Origin: Opitutales bacterium
GTDB taxonomy: Bacteria > Verrucomicrobiota > Verrucomicrobiia > Opitutales > T3Sed10-336
NCBI GenBank assembly: GCA_022565335.1
Contig: JAIUMY010000001.1
Location: 87,856-151,855, forward strand
Direction: 5' to 3'
Length of the DNA stretch: 64,000 bases
Made by a program: the position numbers and the translations under genes. Below, piece by piece: positions 20,423 to 30,439 of the stretch. The notes under the pieces were generated by a model. The model was not told the origin of the DNA. It worked only from the letters and a program-made list of their open reading frames with translations, and did no database searches. Position 1 is the first letter of the stretch. Every line of letters begins with the position of its first letter.

Positions 20423-20434
20423 GACAATAAAATT

Positions 20435-21322
20435 TCAGCGGGAACTGGGCCGCATGGGAACGTGCTCCAAGGATAAATCCACCATTTCCAACCGGTCATA
20501 TCCTTCCCGGCGGGTACCGCGGACCAGATCGCGCAAACGCAAAACATTTTCCTCAAAATCCCGGTCCGGAAAAATAGCCTGCCCTACATTATCACTTTGC
20601 ACCACGATTTTGGGCAATTGCCGAAGCGATACAACCCGCCAGGTCCGATACATCTCCGGGGTTTCCTCTTCCGCAATACGCAACAATTCGGCCACTTGGG
20701 GAAAACCCGGCAATTGCCCAAACCCATGGTCACTATGACTGACGCGATCGATATCAACGTGCGGCAGGGAACGCAGCAGAGGTAAAGGGTAGCCATAGCC
20801 TTCATAGACCAACCCGTCCTGGCCAACCAGCAAACGCATCCGCTCACCGTCCGAATTGCGGGCCACCATACGCAAAACAGGCTTTCTCTCCTGCAAGCGC
20901 ACCGCCAAGCGGTCTGGTGGCAAAACTGCTAAAATCGCTTTGTCCACCTGACCATTGCTTTCCAGCCTTTCCCGCAGCTCGGTCAAGGAAAGCGAAAAAA
21001 TTGGCTGATGAGCCCCGGTTAGCGCCAACTCCTCCAAAAGCCATTCCACGGTCAAATAGCCATCGGTTTGAAAGAGTACTTTTTCGTCTTCTAAAACTGG
21101 TGATTGAAGTCCCTGACTCAGTGACCGGGTGGCCTCCCGCAGGAGCAACCACCCCCCGGCAGCCAAGACAAAAACAGCGGCTATACCGAGAAGCGCCAAC
21201 GATGATAAATATAACGTCCGAAGACTGCGTTTCCGGGCCAGCGGGGAAGATTTGCGCCGAGTCCGGCTCTGAGGAATTTTCCTCCAGGAATTCTCCGTGT
21301 CCTCTGTTTTCTTTTTCGGCAT
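20435..21322 (-). CDS. ftsQ: Cell division protein FtsQ/DivIB
   Basis: Basic N-terminus, single TM, POTRA-like segment (LRERLESNGQV...PDRLAVRLQERKP) and position between ddl and ftsA. Confidence 0.8.
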   Translation of the reverse strand: MPKKKTEDTENSWRKIPQSRTRRKSSPLARKRSLRTLYLSSLALLGIAAVFVLAAGGWLLLREATRSLSQGLQSPVLEDEKVLFQTDGYLTVEWLLEELALTGAHQPIFSLSLTELRERLESNGQVDKAILAVLPPDRLAVRLQERKPVLRMVARNSDGERMRLLVGQDGLVYEGYGYPLPLLRSLPHVDIDRVSHSDHGFGQLPGFPQVAELLRIAEEETPEMYRTWRVVSLRQLPKIVVQSDNVGQAIFPDRDFEENVLRLRDLVRGTRREGYDRLEMVDLSLEHVPMRPSSR

Positions 21323-21339
21323 AATACGTAAGCAAAAGT

Positions 21340-22254
21340 TTATGAAGTCCTCTCCCAACATGCTTCCACCAGGCGTTCCAGCAAATCAGTGAACGTCCAA
21401 CCACAAACCTGCGCGGAACGGGGAAACAAACTGAGCTCGGTGAAACCGGGAAGAGTATTGATCTCTAGAAAAACCGTTTCCTCCTGCGGTGACAATCTAA
21501 AATCCACGCGGGCGTAGTCACGGCAGCCCAATTCCCGAAAAGATTGCTCCGCCCATTTTCGAACCGAGGCCGCGACCTCTTCGGTCAATGGTGCGGGAGC
21601 CCGATATTCGGTCTTTCCGAGGGTATATTTGCTTTCGTAGTCGTACTGCCCGGAAGCAGGGACAATCTCCACCACCCCGAGGGCCTTCCCCTCCAAAACC
21701 CCAACCGATAATTCTCTCCCCGGGATAAAGCGCTCAACCAAGGCCTCGCCGGCCGGAAGCCCCGCCAAGCCCTCATGCCAGGTTTCCGGATCAGTGGGAA
21801 AAGACAGCCCAAGACTGCTCCCCTCGGTATTGGGTTTTAAAACAACTTTGGGGCCTAACTTGCCCACAACCTCTTCCCAGGAAGGAGACTGGTCAGAGGG
21901 GAAGCACCATCCGGGAGCCACCGGAACACCGACTCCCGCGACTCGCTCCTTGGTAGAGGTTTTGTTCATGCACATACGGCTGGCTTCAGCCTCACTACCG
22001 ACAAAAGGAATTTTTGCCTGCTGCAAAAGTTCCTGCATCCCGCCGTCCTCCCCGAACGTCCCGTGCAAAACGGAAAAAACAATTCCGCGAAACCCCTTCA
22101 ATTCCGTTGGCAGGGCAGCTTTATTGACGGTAACCATTTGCAACAGAAAGCGGTCGGCCAAAGCATTTCGCACCGCCTCCGCAGAACGCAGCGAAATCTC
22201 CCGCTCCCCGGAAACCCCTCCCTGGAGTATGGCGACAGGGGGACCTTCCCTCAT
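21340..22254 (-). CDS. ddl: D-alanine--D-alanine ligase
   Basis: GGVSGEREIS, LHGTFGEDG, KPNTEGSS, omega loop YDYESKY (Tyr, D-Ala-D-Ala type), ARVDF and EINTLPG. ATGA overlap with the murC-murB stop. Confidence 0.95.
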   Translation of the reverse strand: MREGPPVAILQGGVSGEREISLRSAEAVRNALADRFLLQMVTVNKAALPTELKGFRGIVFSVLHGTFGEDGGMQELLQQAKIPFVGSEAEASRMCMNKTSTKERVAGVGVPVAPGWCFPSDQSPSWEEVVGKLGPKVVLKPNTEGSSLGLSFPTDPETWHEGLAGLPAGEALVERFIPGRELSVGVLEGKALGVVEIVPASGQYDYESKYTLGKTEYRAPAPLTEEVAASVRKWAEQSFRELGCRDYARVDFRLSPQEETVFLEINTLPGFTELSLFPRSAQVCGWTFTDLLERLVEACWERTS

Positions 22255-24608
22255 GACTTCAACACCTCCTCCCAGGTGGTGCCGGGTAAATGAACTTCCG
22301 GTTCCAACCAAACCCCTTGTTGTTGAAAAACTACCTGCCGCACTTCCCGCACCAAGGCAATCACCTCCTCGGAAGTAGCCCCTCCACGGTTGACAATAAA
22401 ATTCGCATGCACCGGGGAAACCACCGCCGCCCCTACGGAGCGGCCCTTCAAGCCGGACTGGTCGATGAGTTTTCCGGCGGAAGTTCCCTCGGGATTTTTA
22501 AAGATACACCCCGCACTGGGCTCCTTGGGCTGACTTTGGGTTCTTTTCTGCATCAACTCCTGGAGCTTCGTCCGAATTTTATCCGAAACCTCCTGCGCTG
22601 GCGGCCTCAACCAGGCCTCCAGGGCCACCGCCCCGGCCAGTTCCCGGCAGTGCCGGTATCCATAGGTCAAATCGGCGCGCGGCAAAGCCTTTTCCTCACC
22701 GGCCAAGGTGAGAAAAGCGACCTTTTCGACAACATCAAAAACCCAACCGCCCATGGCTCCCGCATTCATTCGCAAGGCCCCACCCAGAGTTGCCGGGATT
22801 CCCTCTAAAAACTCAAACCCTCCCCACCCTTTTCGACAAGCCTCCCCACAGACTTTGCGCAACCGTGCCCCCGCACCAACGCGAATCAATCCAGTCTCCT
22901 CCTCGAACTCAATCTTTCGCCAATTCTCGTGGTTCAGCCGAAAAACCAATCCGGCAAAACCTTCGGGAGGAATAACCAGATTCGAGCCCCGCCCGAGGGG
23001 AAAAACCGGGCAGCCCTGTCGATACGCCCACTTCAACAATCGAGCCAAATCTTCTTTTCCCGCAGGTTCCGCATAAAAGCGGGCCGGACCGCCTACTCGC
23101 AGCGTCGTCTTGGGGGCCAACGGCTCGTTTTCCCGCCAAAGGCTTTCCGCACTCATCCCGGGTGAAGGCATAACCTCCCGGGGCGACCGACGGGAGCAAC
23201 CCCAACGCGCGGCCATACCTTCGGCGAGTTTTTCGATATCACCTGCCCCCACAAAAGCCCAGAGCGATTCAGCGGAAGGCTTTTCCGGCAGTTTTTCCAA
23301 AGCCGCATCAACCGATCCCAAAACCACGGCCTGAGTCCCCAGGGTCTCTAACTCGCGCGCCAGATCCCCGGCACCTCCACCCGGGGAAAAAGGCTCCGAA
23401 GCCGCATAGGTCTCGAGCAAATAGACCTTGTCCGCACCCGCCAACAAACGGGCAAATTCTTTACCAAACTGCCGGGTACGGGTGTAACGGTGGGATTGAA
23501 AAACAACGGTAAGCTCGGCCAAACCGGCCTGCCTCTGTAAACTGCGCAACCAAGGCCAAAGCGCGGCCAATTCTCCGGGATGGTGGGCATAATCACTGAC
23601 CACCCAGATTTCCGGAGACTGCAACAATAGTTCCTGCCGACGACGGATCCCGGGAAAATCAGTCCACGCATCGACCGTCAACGGCAACCCCAACTCTTCC
23701 GCCACCGCCAAAACCGCCAGACTGTTGCGCGCATTGAAGCGCCCTCCTCCGGGAACTGGAAATTTGAATGGTCGGTCCTCCCACTGTCCTCTAAGTTCCC
23801 AATCCCCTTTCTCATCTTCCTTCGCCCAAGCACCTGAATCTCCCTGCCTGCCGAAGAATTTGATTTTTTCCGCCGGAACCGATCCGGCCAGATCCCGGCA
23901 ATGAGAACAGTCTCCCGGAAGAATGACCAAGGAACGGGTTCGGTCCCATAGCCGCCGAAAGGTTTCCCCCAGATCCTCCGGTGCCGGATATTGGTCACAA
24001 TGGTCCCAGTCCATATTCAACACCAGAGTAATTTCCGGATAAAAGTCCTCGATCGTCCCGTCACTTTCATCAACCTCCGCAACCAACCACTCACTTTCCG
24101 GAACGAAACGTGCGGGAGGCTTGGCTCTTCCCTGAAACAAGGCCCCCATGAGATAACTGAAGGAAAAACCAACTTTTTCCAGATAATGCACCAATAAGCC
24201 GGTGGTCGTGGTTTTGCCATGAGACCCCACCACGGCAATTAATTTGCGAGTTCGCGAAAGAGCCGCCAAAATTTCTCCCCGCCGAAAAACCGGAAGCGCC
24301 TTTTCCTCCGCCGCTTGCAGGAGGGGGTGTTCCCGACGAAGCGCTGAGGAGTGTATCACCACCCCGGCCTCAGCGGGCAGTACGGGTTCTTCCGAAAGAA
24401 TCACTCCAGACTCTTCCAACCACTTGCGCGACCCTTCAGCAAATTCTTTGTCATAACCGAAGACCTCATAGCCAGCTTGCTTCATGATGATCGCCAATGG
24501 CCCCATCCCCATACCACTTACCCCCGCAAAGAACAGCCGTCTGGTGTTTTGGGGAAATAAACCTTCGATCTCCCTGGCTTCCATATTTCTATTCCCGACC
24601 TCCCTCAT
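22251..24608 (-). CDS. murC-murB: Fused UDP-N-acetylmuramate--L-alanine ligase (MurC) / UDP-N-acetylenolpyruvoylglucosamine reductase (MurB)
   Basis: N-terminal MurC part: GVSGMGMG, GSHGKTTTT, EVDESDG, DYAHHP. C-terminal MurB part: TTLRVGGPA, GRGSNL, GIPATLGGALRMNAGA, SAGCIFKNP, HANFIVN. One continuous frame. Confidence 0.93.
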   Translation of the reverse strand: MREVGNRNMEAREIEGLFPQNTRRLFFAGVSGMGMGPLAIIMKQAGYEVFGYDKEFAEGSRKWLEESGVILSEEPVLPAEAGVVIHSSALRREHPLLQAAEEKALPVFRRGEILAALSRTRKLIAVVGSHGKTTTTGLLVHYLEKVGFSFSYLMGALFQGRAKPPARFVPESEWLVAEVDESDGTIEDFYPEITLVLNMDWDHCDQYPAPEDLGETFRRLWDRTRSLVILPGDCSHCRDLAGSVPAEKIKFFGRQGDSGAWAKEDEKGDWELRGQWEDRPFKFPVPGGGRFNARNSLAVLAVAEELGLPLTVDAWTDFPGIRRRQELLLQSPEIWVVSDYAHHPGELAALWPWLRSLQRQAGLAELTVVFQSHRYTRTRQFGKEFARLLAGADKVYLLETYAASEPFSPGGGAGDLARELETLGTQAVVLGSVDAALEKLPEKPSAESLWAFVGAGDIEKLAEGMAARWGCSRRSPREVMPSPGMSAESLWRENEPLAPKTTLRVGGPARFYAEPAGKEDLARLLKWAYRQGCPVFPLGRGSNLVIPPEGFAGLVFRLNHENWRKIEFEEETGLIRVGAGARLRKVCGEACRKGWGGFEFLEGIPATLGGALRMNAGAMGGWVFDVVEKVAFLTLAGEEKALPRADLTYGYRHCRELAGAVALEAWLRPPAQEVSDKIRTKLQELMQKRTQSQPKEPSAGCIFKNPEGTSAGKLIDQSGLKGRSVGAAVVSPVHANFIVNRGGATSEEVIALVREVRQVVFQQQGVWLEPEVHLPGTTWEEVLKS

Positions 24609-25735
24609 AGGTTCTGCTCCAATCTTTGCATCCGTCGATTCCTGAGCTCTTCGGCGGCCAATCTTTCAAGATCACGGACAATTAACTCAGTGGTATTTCC
24701 ACGGTGCATCCGATCCAGATTGTTTTTCAATTTCCGCACCAGCCCGTCATTGAAAATCGTATCCAAAACTTCCTTATGCAAGTCCTGTAGAAAATCTTGC
24801 TCGACCAGTATCGCCCCTCCTTGTTGCTCCACATACCGTGCATTGGCTAACTGGTGATTGTCGGCAGCGTAGGGGTAAGGCACCAAAATCGAAGGGGTCT
24901 GACAGTGCACTAACTCGGCAATGGTCCCCGCTCCCGCGCGGGATACCACCAAGTCCGCAGCATTGAGAATTTCCGGCATCTGATCAGAGAAAGGCACAAA
25001 TTTCGCCACGATCTCCTGACCGTCGCGGGTCGCCATCAAACCGGGGTCAAAGCCCGCTTTAGCCATCCCGCTCAGGCAGAAAACCTGAATACCCTCCAAC
25101 CCGAAAACGTCCAATTTATCAATAATCCATTCATTTAACGCTTGCGCACCCTGACTCCCTCCCAGGATCACCAGTGTCTTTCGGTTCGGGTCCAGGCCAA
25201 GTTTCTTTCGGGCCTTGGCTTGGGACATTCGCTGAAATTCCTTGCGCACCGGAAAGCCATAAGAGCGCACCCTTTCCAAGTCGACTCTTTTAAGGCGAAC
25301 GCCCGTAGGAAGATAAACTCGCTTGGGCAAGTGGTGGAAAAAACGTATCATTCTACCCGGCACCCGGTTAGCCTCGTGAAGGACCAGCGGCACCCGCTCG
25401 GTCAAACTGGCCAAGGCGATACCCACACAACCAAATCCCCCAAACCCGACGACGATCTCCGCTTTGGTTTTTTTGATCAACCGACGACTAAAAAGCCACC
25501 CCCTGGCCTGCTTCCAGAGAAAACGGCTCCCTTTGACTGGCCCCAAAGAAAAAGGCGCTCCCGGGGAGGAATGAAAGGTTAATTGGGGGTATTTTTGGAT
25601 CAACCGCTGATCAACTGGTTTTTCGCTTATGACCAGTTCGCAATGATGACCTGCCGCCACCAAGGCTTCCCCCAAGGCAATCCCGGGAGCCAGATGCCCC
25701 CCGGTTCCTCCGCAAGCGATTAAAAATCGATTCAC
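24605..25735 (-). CDS. murG: Lipid II GlcNAc transferase MurG
   Basis: GGTGGHLAPG, HEAN, GGSQGA, SRAGAGTIAE and HQLANA. Confidence 0.96.
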   Translation of the reverse strand: MNRFLIACGGTGGHLAPGIALGEALVAAGHHCELVISEKPVDQRLIQKYPQLTFHSSPGAPFSLGPVKGSRFLWKQARGWLFSRRLIKKTKAEIVVGFGGFGCVGIALASLTERVPLVLHEANRVPGRMIRFFHHLPKRVYLPTGVRLKRVDLERVRSYGFPVRKEFQRMSQAKARKKLGLDPNRKTLVILGGSQGAQALNEWIIDKLDVFGLEGIQVFCLSGMAKAGFDPGLMATRDGQEIVAKFVPFSDQMPEILNAADLVVSRAGAGTIAELVHCQTPSILVPYPYAADNHQLANARYVEQQGGAILVEQDFLQDLHKEVLDTIFNDGLVRKLKNNLDRMHRGNTTELIVRDLERLAAEELRNRRMQRLEQNL

Positions 25736-26904
25736 CCCCGGACCTCCTTATTATCCCGCCGGTTGGCCGGAGTTTCAATCTGCCGGGACCACGCAATGGA
25801 GGTATTGATCAGAAGCCCAACGATAATAAAGACCACCACCAAATTTGACCCGCCATAACTGATGAAAGGCAAGGAGATTCCCTTGGTGGGCAGCGTTCCG
25901 GTGACCACCCCCATATTGATGATAGCCTGCACGCTGAGTACCAGCAACGCTCCGGTGATAAGTAGAAACTGGTAAAGATTCGGGGCTTTGCGCAAATGGA
26001 ATACCCCCGCTAAAAAAAGCAGGACGAAAAGCGCCAGAACCGCTCCCGTGAAGAAGAAACCCAATTCCTCCGCCAACACCGCCAGGATAAAATCGGTATG
26101 GGCCTCCGGCAAAAAGGCCAACTGCTGACGGCCATTTCCCAAACCGACACCACTGACCCCGCCGGTACCAAATGCCAAAATCGCCTGCCAGAGTTGATAA
26201 GCGCCATCCATGCGGTGAGCCTCGACATCCATAAAAGACAAGATCCGGCCGAACCGTACCGGATTGAAATAAACGGCCACCGCAAAAAGCCCCAAACCGC
26301 TAATGGCCACCGGCACCAGATAGCGGAGCCGGGCTCCGGCCAAAAACAACAACGTTCCCCCTACCGCCGCAGTCAACGCCGCCGTCCCGTAATCGGGCTG
26401 TAAAAAAATCAACCCAACGGGGATCGCAATGAATACCGAGGGCCAGAAAAACCCTATCCAAAAGGTATCCATCTTCCTTTGGTTGCTCCCTAAATAGGCC
26501 GCCAGGCAAAAGACCAAGCCAAGCTTGGTGAACTCGGATATTTGCAAACGTCCGATCCCCATCGGCAACCAACGGCGGGCGCCGTTGACCTCTACCCCAA
26601 CTCCGGGAATTAAGGTTAGAATCAACCCGATCAGACAAAGCCCCATGACCGGCCAAGCCAAGGCTCTGACCTTCTCGAGATTGATCACCGAGACGACTCC
26701 CCCGGCAAGGACCGCCACCCCCAACCACATCAATTGCCGCGAGATGAAGAAATGCGGAGAACTGTTGGGAAAATGGGCGGTCGCGCTGAAAAGAATGCTG
26801 ATTCCCAAAGCCGTCAAGGCAACGGTACAAGAGAGAATGATCACCGCCGGGTGAAACATTCTCGTTAAAGTCGCATCGAATGAACTGGGAATGGAGTCAC
26901 GCAA
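25732..26904 (-). CDS. ftsW: SEDS peptidoglycan polymerase FtsW
   Basis: Multi-TM protein with GARRW, LQISEFTK, QPDYGT, LPEAHTDF and LPFISYGGS. Start may be ATG 26859. Confidence 0.95.
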   Translation of the reverse strand: MRDSIPSSFDATLTRMFHPAVIILSCTVALTALGISILFSATAHFPNSSPHFFISRQLMWLGVAVLAGGVVSVINLEKVRALAWPVMGLCLIGLILTLIPGVGVEVNGARRWLPMGIGRLQISEFTKLGLVFCLAAYLGSNQRKMDTFWIGFFWPSVFIAIPVGLIFLQPDYGTAALTAAVGGTLLFLAGARLRYLVPVAISGLGLFAVAVYFNPVRFGRILSFMDVEAHRMDGAYQLWQAILAFGTGGVSGVGLGNGRQQLAFLPEAHTDFILAVLAEELGFFFTGAVLALFVLLFLAGVFHLRKAPNLYQFLLITGALLVLSVQAIINMGVVTGTLPTKGISLPFISYGGSNLVVVFIIVGLLINTSIAWSRQIETPANRRDNKEVRG

Positions 26905-26934
26905 AAGTGCTTACTGTGGGGTGAGGGAAATTTC

Positions 26935-28014
26935 TTATTCCGGAACAAGTTCCACTTCGGGAAAATCCTCGTCGTCAAGGTCGTCAAAATCAGGGTCCTC
27001 GTCAAAGGGGATCACCCGGATTGGGGCATCAACCTCTTCCTCCGACTCCTCCTCGGGCTCTGGCCGGGCGGTCCGTTCACGGGGAGCAGATTCTTCTCTC
27101 TGGGATCGTTCTCCGCGGCTGGACTCCCGCCCGGGAATAGTCAATTCCTGCCCCACGCGCATCCTTCGGGGATCGCTGATATCGTTGGCCCGCATCAGTT
27201 CCTGAGCACTTACGCCAAAACGATTGGCAATTGCCCCGGGGGTATCCCCGGCTTGCACCGTATAGGTTGCACCGCTGTCCCGGCGGGGACTCGGCCGTGA
27301 CTCTTCCCTGCTTTCCTCGCGGGCCTCCCCGCGGCGCGGCACCCGCAGTTCCTGCCCTTCGCGAATCAAATCTCCCTCCAGATTGTTCAGCTCCCGCAGA
27401 TCCCGCACACTGATGCCATGCTGACTGGCGATCCGGGATAAGTTATCGCCGCGGCGAACGGTATAGGTCGCGGTCTCAGCCGTCCGCGAAGTACGTTCGC
27501 GGTCAGTGGTCGCGGCAACGGTTCCCTCCGGAATCTCCAGCCGGTCTCCGGGATGAATTACCGAGTCCATTTGCAAGTTATTCGCTGCCAATAAGTTGTT
27601 TAAGGTCACCCCATGGTTGCGAGCAATAATGGAAAGGGTGTCTCCCCGCTCGACAATATATTCGCCCTCAGCGGCCGCAACCTCGGTCGGTCCAGGAGTG
27701 GTCGTACGAGTACGGTCTGCCCTTGGCTGGGGATCGGCAGGAGTCAGAAAGTCATCGTCCCAATCATCAACTTGAGTCTGCGCATCAGCAGAGGCTTGGG
27801 GACGTCTCGGTTCACTCCGCCCGGAACGGGCATCAGTAGCGCTTCGATGGGTATCCACGCTGGAGGACCAGTAATCACCCTCCACTTCCTGAAGACCGGT
27901 ATCGACTTCCGTCGATTCCCGGGGGGTCGTTTGGCAACCTGGTTGAAAAAGGATAATGGCAAAAGCCACGAGATGGCCCAAAAGGACAATTCCGAATATT
28001 TTAGTAGCATTCAT
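26935..28014 (-). CDS. Lipoprotein with three LysM domains and an acidic disordered tail
   Basis: Signal with lipobox-like QPGC. LysM repeats YIVERGDTL, YTVRRGDNL and YTVQAGDTP. No catalytic domain is recognisable. Confidence 0.88.
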   Translation of the reverse strand: MNATKIFGIVLLGHLVAFAIILFQPGCQTTPRESTEVDTGLQEVEGDYWSSSVDTHRSATDARSGRSEPRRPQASADAQTQVDDWDDDFLTPADPQPRADRTRTTTPGPTEVAAAEGEYIVERGDTLSIIARNHGVTLNNLLAANNLQMDSVIHPGDRLEIPEGTVAATTDRERTSRTAETATYTVRRGDNLSRIASQHGISVRDLRELNNLEGDLIREGQELRVPRRGEAREESREESRPSPRRDSGATYTVQAGDTPGAIANRFGVSAQELMRANDISDPRRMRVGQELTIPGRESSRGERSQREESAPRERTARPEPEEESEEEVDAPIRVIPFDEDPDFDDLDDEDFPEVELVPE

Positions 28015-28015
28015 A

Positions 28016-29335
28016 TCAAGAGTGGTTTGGCGTTGGGGGGTTCATTCGTTTATAATTTTCGTTGGAAAGTTGGTTAGCCAGAGCGCCTCGGAAGGCTTTT
28101 CCCCGGGCCGCAAATCCTTGGTATTGATCCTGACTGGCAAAGCCGGGACTTAAGATCAAATGATCTCCGGAATCCGCTAGGGAAAGGCAAAATCGTACCG
28201 CATCATCCATGCCTGCGCATTCTTGCACAGAAACCCCCGTTTCGGCAAATGATTTCGCAAGCCGGGACGAGGTTTCTCCAAGCAGCGCGGCAACCTTTAC
28301 CTTTTTATAAATCCTCTTCACCAACTCCGCCACACAATCTCCTTTATCCTGGCCGCCGCCGATCCATAAAACGGGGTCCGCAAAACCCTCTAGAGCAGCC
28401 TCCACAGCGGCAAAATTGGTGGCCTTGGAATCATCCCAAAACCGAATGCCTCCGCACTCTCCCAGAAACTCCAAACGATGGGGCAAAGGAAGAAAATTTT
28501 GCGCGGTTTTCTGCAAAACCTCTTCCTCCTCCCCCTCTTCTTTCCACCAGGCCGCCGCCAGGGCATAATTCTCATTTTGCGGCGGCCGGGCGAAAAGACT
28601 TTCCGTTGGCGCACTGGCGGATTCCGCCTCGACCAACTTCAGCGCACAGGGCAAACGGTCCCGCCCATTCATTTTTTCCAAAGCGGCCAATACAGAAGTC
28701 CCCGCATACCCGCGACCACCGCCCGCCAGGGTATTCTGTACCAACCTCCATTTGGCGGCAAAATAGGCTTCCTCGGAGCCGTGCCAAGCCAAGTGATCTG
28801 GGGCAAAATTGGTCCAAAATACTACCTCCGGGTGAAATCCTTGCAGGGAAGCCGCTTGAAAGGAGCTGACCTCGCATACCGCCCAATGGTTCACCGAGAC
28901 AGTCTCCCGGGCCGCCACTTCAGCAAACGGCAGCCCAATATTTCCAACCGCCGTAGCCTGCTTTCCCGCCGCTTGCAACAAAGCGGTGAGAAATTCCGTC
29001 AAGGTGCTCTTCCCATTGGTTCCGGTCACCGCCAGCAGACGTCCTGGCCAACATTGCGCGGCCAGGGAAATTTCACCCAGCAAGAGCTTTCCCGCCTGCT
29101 CGATACGCCGTACCCAGGGATGGTCCGGGCGGAAGCCCGGGCTGCTCACAAATAATTCATGTCCGGTAACCGAAAATTCCGCCCTCCCGGCCCCGGTGTC
29201 CTCATCGTAGAGTATCGTCTCCAGCCCTTTTTTTCGCAGCAGCAAACCGGCCGCCTGACCACTGCGCCCTCCTCCAAGGACCGCTACCGGTTTACCTCCG
29301 GCACGAGAAAGAATTTTTTGCCAGCCCTCGCTCAT
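28016..29335 (-). CDS. murD: UDP-MurNAc-L-Ala--D-Glu ligase MurD
   Basis: TGTNGKST, GNIG, EVSSFQ, DHLAWH, HRLE, DDSKATN and LSPGFASQDQY. Confidence 0.94.
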   Translation of the reverse strand: MSEGWQKILSRAGGKPVAVLGGGRSGQAAGLLLRKKGLETILYDEDTGAGRAEFSVTGHELFVSSPGFRPDHPWVRRIEQAGKLLLGEISLAAQCWPGRLLAVTGTNGKSTLTEFLTALLQAAGKQATAVGNIGLPFAEVAARETVSVNHWAVCEVSSFQAASLQGFHPEVVFWTNFAPDHLAWHGSEEAYFAAKWRLVQNTLAGGGRGYAGTSVLAALEKMNGRDRLPCALKLVEAESASAPTESLFARPPQNENYALAAAWWKEEGEEEEVLQKTAQNFLPLPHRLEFLGECGGIRFWDDSKATNFAAVEAALEGFADPVLWIGGGQDKGDCVAELVKRIYKKVKVAALLGETSSRLAKSFAETGVSVQECAGMDDAVRFCLSLADSGDHLILSPGFASQDQYQGFAARGKAFRGALANQLSNENYKRMNPPTPNHS

Positions 29336-29338
29336 CGT

Positions 29339-30439
29339 TCACCGAAGTTTTAATGTTGCCAATCCCGCGATGGCGAAGATCAGGGAAAGAATCCAAAAAC
29401 GGGTGACCACCTTGGTTTCAAACCACCCTTTCAATTCGAAATGGTGATGAATGGGAGCCATCAGAAAGATTCGTTTGCGGCGGGTTTTGAAGGAAAAAAC
29501 CTGCAACATTACCGAACCGGCCTCCATGACAAAAATCCCTCCCACAATGATCAGGGTCAGCGGTTGGTGGACCATGAAAGCCATTCCACCGATTACCCCT
29601 CCCAGAGCCAACGACCCGGTATCCCCCATAAAAACCTCTGCCGGATGGGCGTTGTACCAAAGGAACGCCATCCCTCCCCCAATCAAGGCGGCACAAAGCA
29701 CCGCCAGTTCACCCGTTCCGGGAATGTAGCTGATCAACAAATACTCGGAAATAATCACATTCCCCACCGCATACGCCATAATGCCATACACGAAAGCCAC
29801 GGTGATAGTACATCCAATGGCCAAACCATCAACCCCATCGGTAAGGTTCAAGGCGTTACTGGACCCCGCAAGAATCAAAAAGAAAAAAGGCAATAAAAAC
29901 CACAAAGGGGCAGAGACCATGACCGGATCCTTCAAGAAAGGCACCCAAATCTCCCTCATCTTTTCACTGCTTTCCGGAACCATCAGGAGTGCGCCCAGGG
30001 CGATTACCGCAACGATCGCCTGAACCAGGAGTTTCTTTCGCCCCGATACGCCCTTGGAGTTCTTTTCCCGCACCTTGAGAAAATCATCGGCAAACCCCAA
30101 TGCCGCCAAACTGACAAAGATGAACAAGGCCGTCAGCACATACACATTTGGCCGGGCACAAAGCAAGGTGGCTAAGGTGACCGTTCCAACAATCAAGAGC
30201 CCCCCCATGGTCGGGGTGTCCCGTTTCTTCTCATGCAAACTGGCCAATTCGCCCACTTCCGCCTGGTTTCGCAGGCTTTGTCGGATTTTGAAATTTTGCA
30301 ACCATCGTATAAACACCGGTCCCAAAAACAACCCGCTAAAGAGGGCTATCCCGGCCGCCAAAAGGGCGCGAAAGGTCAAAAACTGGAAAAGCCGTAAAGG
30401 CCCCCAAACGTGCTCATACTCTGCCAGCCAAGTTAACAT
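29339..30439 (-). CDS. mraY: Phospho-MurNAc-pentapeptide transferase
   Basis: KRDTPTMGG, GFADDFLK, SNALNLTDGVDGL, VFMGDTGS and APIHHHFE. Confidence 0.97.
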   Translation of the reverse strand: MLTWLAEYEHVWGPLRLFQFLTFRALLAAGIALFSGLFLGPVFIRWLQNFKIRQSLRNQAEVGELASLHEKKRDTPTMGGLLIVGTVTLATLLCARPNVYVLTALFIFVSLAALGFADDFLKVREKNSKGVSGRKKLLVQAIVAVIALGALLMVPESSEKMREIWVPFLKDPVMVSAPLWFLLPFFFLILAGSSNALNLTDGVDGLAIGCTITVAFVYGIMAYAVGNVIISEYLLISYIPGTGELAVLCAALIGGGMAFLWYNAHPAEVFMGDTGSLALGGVIGGMAFMVHQPLTLIIVGGIFVMEAGSVMLQVFSFKTRRKRIFLMAPIHHHFELKGWFETKVVTRFWILSLIFAIAGLATLKLR

